From positions 11,284,001 to 11,348,000 of the forward strand of contig CM120641.1 in NCBI GenBank assembly GCA_051362555.1: a DNA stretch of 64,000 nucleotides. The letters run 5' to 3'. Positions 59,012-64,000 of the stretch are shown here, in pieces. The notes under the pieces were generated by a model that was given only the letters and a program-made list of their open reading frames with translations, did no database searches and was not told where the DNA came from. Origin of the DNA: Lingula anatina. Taxonomy: Eukaryota; Animalia; Brachiopoda. The number at the start of each line of letters is the position of its first letter. Positions within the stretch are counted from its first letter, which is position 1. The translations under genes were made by a program, and so were the position numbers.

Positions 59012-59170
59012 TGCAGCCAGAAATTTCAAAGAAGGGGTGGGGGTTCTTTTTTTAAAAATATGGACCCTTTACCCCTTTAGTTGATCCAAATTGAGAAATG
59101 GCATAGAACCTAGAGCAAATTTTGATTCAAAGTGAACCTTTTCTGGTCAAAAGGGTGATTCTTTTAAATA
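59012..59170 (+). mobile_element. Degenerate copy of the short MITE family
   Basis: gcagccagaaatttcaaa..gggg..gttcttt..aaaa..tggaccc..cctaga.caaatttt..agtg.accttttc matches the interior of copy A. Confidence 0.6.
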
Positions 59171-62100
59171 TCTCAATCTTTCCTTCCTTGCCTTACTGAT
59201 TTCAGAACCATGGGTATTTTGTTATCAAAGCTTAATGTTTGCAAAATTTTCTCTTTCTATAGGATTTGCACTTCAGGAATGTTTAAACTTTTATGTTGAT
59301 CCTAAAACAACTGAACTGGGCTACAAATTTCTTTTCTCAGTGTTCTTTGACTTCAACTTAATACCTTTAATCTCGGTCTGTCATACATACCCTTCAGGTA
59401 AACATTATCGTTTCTTTTATCAAAGAAACATAGCAGACTAAATAATGCTTGATTTTTATATTAAATCATCTGCACTAAATAGAAGCTCACTGACTGCACA
59501 TTATGTTTCATTAAACCCATCCAGTTTTGTTAATCCTTGGGGAACTTGACATATCAGTAACTTTATCAACCAAGGCCTAGCACCAGTCAGTAAGTACTAC
59601 TAACTTTGAATGGCCCCTGGGTCATGATAATGGTCTTTAAATGAGAATAGAACACAAAGCCAAGGATCATTAGCAAATTACTCAATCAGGGTCATTACAA
59701 TTGAAGTGGTTCATTGTGCATGAAATGCCACACATTCAGGCAATTTTTTGTAACTGACTTTTGTAACCAACTTTTTTTCTTGACTATTGCAAAGGTATTT
59801 GAGCATGTGTGTTATCTAAAAGTACTTCAAACCCCTACATTTTGCATTTTCAATTTCAGTTTCCAATATTATTAACTAACTTTTGTTATGTTGCAATTTT
59901 TTAACACGAGTGGCACTGTGCTATCTAAAAATATATCATTTAAGCCAATTTTCCAGCTTTCTTTTAGCTGGGTCTCAATTTCAGAATCCAATTCAATTTC
60001 AGCTGAGAAGTACAACTTTGTACAAAAAGAGATGTCTGTCTTCCCCAATTCCTTGAGAATCAGGAATGGTAATGGGTGTTGAAAACCAATTTTCCAGTGT
60101 TAGTCTCTGCACCAATGTGTGGATTTCCTGTTGTTTCAAATAACTGTTATAAAAATAACATATATATCTATAACTACTGTAGTTTTCAACAGTGTCAACA
60201 AGGGGTCAAGTTGGTCAAGTATAGTCACACCTGTGGATAAATAATTTGAGATACATTGCACTCTGTTTCATTTATGTCTGTCAGCAGCAAGCTTTAAACT
60301 GACCACACATTTGTCTGGACAGAGCTGTGGTGACTATAATTTAACTTTAATTCGACTGGTAAAAAACTCTACTAAAGTGACCAGAAGGCTCTGACTATAC
60401 ATTCAATTTAGAAAGCCTTAGGACTGATTCAACTGACATGCTTAAACTACAAATACTATCACATTATCTCAATTGTGACCAGTGGTTTACAGTCACCAGA
60501 TTTCTTGAGGAAGTGTTTTATTTCTCATTATCATCACCCCCTGGCAGAGAAAGTGGCGGCAGATTCAGTGAAACCATGTCTGACTCAGAGGAAGTGGGTC
60601 CATCCACACGCTGGCAATCCAATAGACTTTCCACTTCATGAATCCTTCTAATCAAAGTATAGATGTCAGATAAAAATACTAATTCACTCTTGACAAGTTG
60701 ACTGTCTCCAAGCAGCCTGCAGTCCAAAGTGAGCTTTGGGACACAGCACAAAGTGAGGTGTACACAGAATATAGACATAGCAGGACAGAGCACAGCACCT
60801 TAGACGTCTTAGACTGCTGATGTCAAAAGAGAGTAGAAAGTCATCAGCCAATTGTACAATTCTCTTCAACTTATGGTATAACTGCTGGTAACCTTTACCA
60901 CTTCTTTACCCTCAGCTGCTCTAAGAAAGCAAATTTATTTTGTGCTTCAGTGAAAACTGAGCAAGGAGTCATAATAGTGACTTGATCCCCTTTCTACCTC
61001 CGACCTTTCAGGTGACCCCTGAATGACCAGCAGGACACGTTTAATCACATACCTTCTTTTATTTACTTTTGCAATTTACCTCATAAACACTCAATATTAG
61101 CAGCTGTTACACAACCCCCACGATTACCGAGTGAAATGTATATTTATATAAATAAGAAACATTTGTATTAGATTGAAACCCTATTAAACTCACTTCTACC
61201 CTCTTCTATTGACTGGTTCCCCCACTACATCCTGTAGGATGCTTGCGTAACAAAGGGCCAATAGAAACGTTTAACAAACTGTGTTATTTCATAATTACTT
61301 TTCAGCAAGAAGCCCACAATAGCCACAGAAAGAAGCATTTACTCACAATTTTCATGGTTATTTTGACAGATTGACAAGTCCAGTGAAGAATAAGGCACTA
61401 GTACTTCTAAGCTGAATGACCATGCCTCATGTTACATTTACTGCACATTTACCTTACATATTCTAGATTTCAAGTTACAAACCGTTAAAATCATAATTTA
61501 TAAAAGCCATATACTCTCCACGGTTCAAGTGATTTATTTTCTCCAGCTCATGCTGATCAATGTCAACATTTCTTGTACTGGATTTAGGATAATCCCTTGA
61601 ACAATTTTTTCTAGATCTTTCATGTTATCAATCATCACTGACTTACTCTCAATCTAAAAAATAACAATAATAATAAATAAATGAAATAATTCATGTTTTC
61701 ATGAATACTTTTTCTTAAACTGGTTTATTTTAAGATCAAATAGCAAGGTTATAGTCCATTTACATCCAGTAACTAGTTACATTCTAACATAAAAACTAGC
61801 ATAGAACAAGAATGGCACTCTGCTTACATTGGCAGGAGGCTTGAAGTATCATCTGGAGTATTCTAATAGCTATTTAGTACAGATATTTTCAATAAAAAAG
61901 ACAGTGGAGGCATGGCAAACTACAAGTTGAACCAGACACGGTTCAATGTAGTTAATGGAATGAGCCGAGTTCATTTCTAAGTATGCCTACCAGGGATGAG
62001 AGGAATCTTTAGAAACCCAATTTTCTCCCCATCTATCACAGAAAATACACCCCTTATCTATTAGAAGCAGGATTTAGCACATATGTAATGAGAAGGGCAA

Positions 62101-62622
62101 ATAAAATTGCAGTGAAATGTCAAGATCACAAATTGGATATAAAATCTTTGAACCTGTTTGAGCTTATTTTCTGATGCAGAATCGTGTTTATTCAGTCTGC
62201 TCCTTTGAAATTATAGACAACTTGAAGTCAATTCTTACTATCTCCCCTTGATTAACTGTGTTACATACTGGTGCTATGATCAGGGTTAAGATCTCCGTGG
62301 AAGGTGTGAGGATCTCATTGGGGATTAGAGTTACAATTATCCACCTGACTATTGAGACTAAAATAGTTTGAATAGTAGATTTCCTTATCAGAATTTTCCT
62401 TTGCCCACACTGCCTCGTACACAAGATAGACAATATTTTCAAAAAAAAAATTTAACCTTCAGATATATCAACTTTTATTACAAATATCTAGAAACAAGCA
62501 ATCTGTAATGACAAATGGTCAAATCAAATGTTAAATATTACACCACAAGGCAAGATTTTCAGTCATTCCTCTCAAGGAACAAACTCATCACTATTACAAC
62601 CCTCACTAATACAGCACTAACA

Positions 62623-62808
62623 CAGGCCCATAGGCGGGGAAGGTCCAATAAGCCCTCCTTTTTGGCCAGAAAAGGTCAGCTCTGAATTACAATTTAATCT
62701 AGACTAGGTTCTATGCCCTTTCCCCAAGGTGTAGTGCCTGAAGAGGTAAAAGGGTCCCCTATTTTCAGAAAAAGAGCCCCCCTTTTGAAACTGCTGGCTA
62801 CAGGCCTT
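62623..62808 (-). mobile_element. Short MITE family copy, inverted
   Basis: caggcccatag...ttttcagaaaaagagccccccttttgaaactgctggctacaggcct is the reverse complement of copy A. Confidence 0.75.
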
Positions 62809-63718
62809 TGATAGATTGGACTGCAGGATTCAGTGTGTACTGCAGAGATGTTGGCACTGCCTACTATGTATACAACTTTATTTTCTACTGCAAATTGTAC
62901 TGTAACTGTAAGGGCACAGGTAAATAAATACACAGTTCACATGATGTTTAATTCAATAAAATACCACGTTATAAAGAAGAAAACATTTGTTTTCATTCTC
63001 ATAACAAAAGCTGAAACTTTTCATTCATGTTTTAAGGGCTTGTTCTTTATTTCAAATATTAAGATTTTGTTACAAGTTCAACTCATAATTCTAACAAAAA
63101 CGGCTAAACCCACCTGCTCAAGAAAATGATTGTTTTTTTAAATAACTCTCTAGTACCCCAAGCATGTTTTTGTTACAAGGGCAGTTAAACTGAAAAACAT
63201 TCCATATGATCACAAAGAATAAAATTGTTTCTTTTTGACACCAGGTACATAAACTGGCCAGAGTGAGAGACCCCAAGGGGGCAAGAGAGGTGAGAAGGTC
63301 CTTTTTATCATTCCAAATAACCATACACTTAATTTCACAAGGACAAATTTAAATTAATTGATTTTCTTCAGCTGTATCAATTTCAACATAAAGATACCTC
63401 CTAGGCACAAAAATCAAATGCAACCCTCCAAATTAGGAGATATAGAGGCATCTGCTTACCCCAGCACAATATCTACAGCTACCCAGGTGGTACAAGATTT
63501 ACTGTTTCCTGCTTCATTACTTTTACTTTCACAACTTTTGCTTGATCTAGCAAAATTTAGTAAAAAATATCTTGAAATGAAAATAAATCTTGAACTAAAA
63601 TTTTTTTCTATATCACCAATAATCTATTATCAGTCGTCATCCTATCATTCTAATCATACGGTTCTACTGAATAGTCTCACAGTATTTCTTTATATGCCTG
63701 GTACACCTGCACATCTTA

Positions 63719-63887
63719 CAGGCCTGTAGCCAGGGGGATTCAGAAGAATTCCCTTTTTGTCGGGAAAAGGTCCCCTCTGGATAAAATTTTATCAAGGTAC
63801 ATGAAGGTTTCATGTTAAAAGGTCCATTTTTTCAGACTAGGCTGAAAGACCCCCCCCCCCCTTTTGAAATTGCTGGCTACAGGCCTG
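63719..63887 (-). mobile_element. Short MITE family copy, inverted
   Basis: Perfect TIRs CAGGCCTGTAGCCAG and CTGGCTACAGGCCTG; interior matches copy A; TSD not clear. Confidence 0.8.
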
Positions 63888-64000
63888 ACTTAGTTGACTA
63901 TACACACACTAATTGATTATGAAAGGGCATAAATTTCTCCCAATAACCAGACCCTTCAGACTTCCAGCTGCAGAAATAGAACAGTTTAATGTAAAATGCC

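Noticed and set aside
60438-60869. Cluster of short ORFs as the missing signal-peptide exon
   Set aside because: No convincing hydrophobic signal followed by a phase-1 donor, and no recognisable homology

Overview
AT-rich eukaryotic (invertebrate animal; species not determinable from sequence) genomic DNA. Most of the window is one minus-strand gene, a multiplexin (collagen XV/XVIII family). I traced 31 GT-AG exons by hand from 49581 down to the stop codon at 4356-4358, all with compatible phases (about 1477 aa). The domain order is TSPN/LamG, Ser-Gly-rich linker, multiply interrupted Gly-X-Y region, trimerization domain, hinge and endostatin. I did not find the signal-peptide exon. A roughly 2.6-kb 3'UTR follows, then a CpG-rich promoter and the probable first exons of a second, unidentified minus-strand gene (about 442-1450). 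The introns hold two copies of a Helentron/HINE-like element with 146-bp tandem arrays rich in AGGTCA motifs, a 5'-truncated R4/Dong-like retrotransposon in a (TAA)n tract, several MITEs, a decayed foldback and mini/microsatellites. The best second-look items are candidate 15-nt and 3-nt microexons, a 400-nt AG-free minisatellite next to a splice acceptor, duplicated cassette-like exons (one with RGDLxxI), miR-29 sites in the 3'UTR and an intronic pre-miRNA-sized hairpin.
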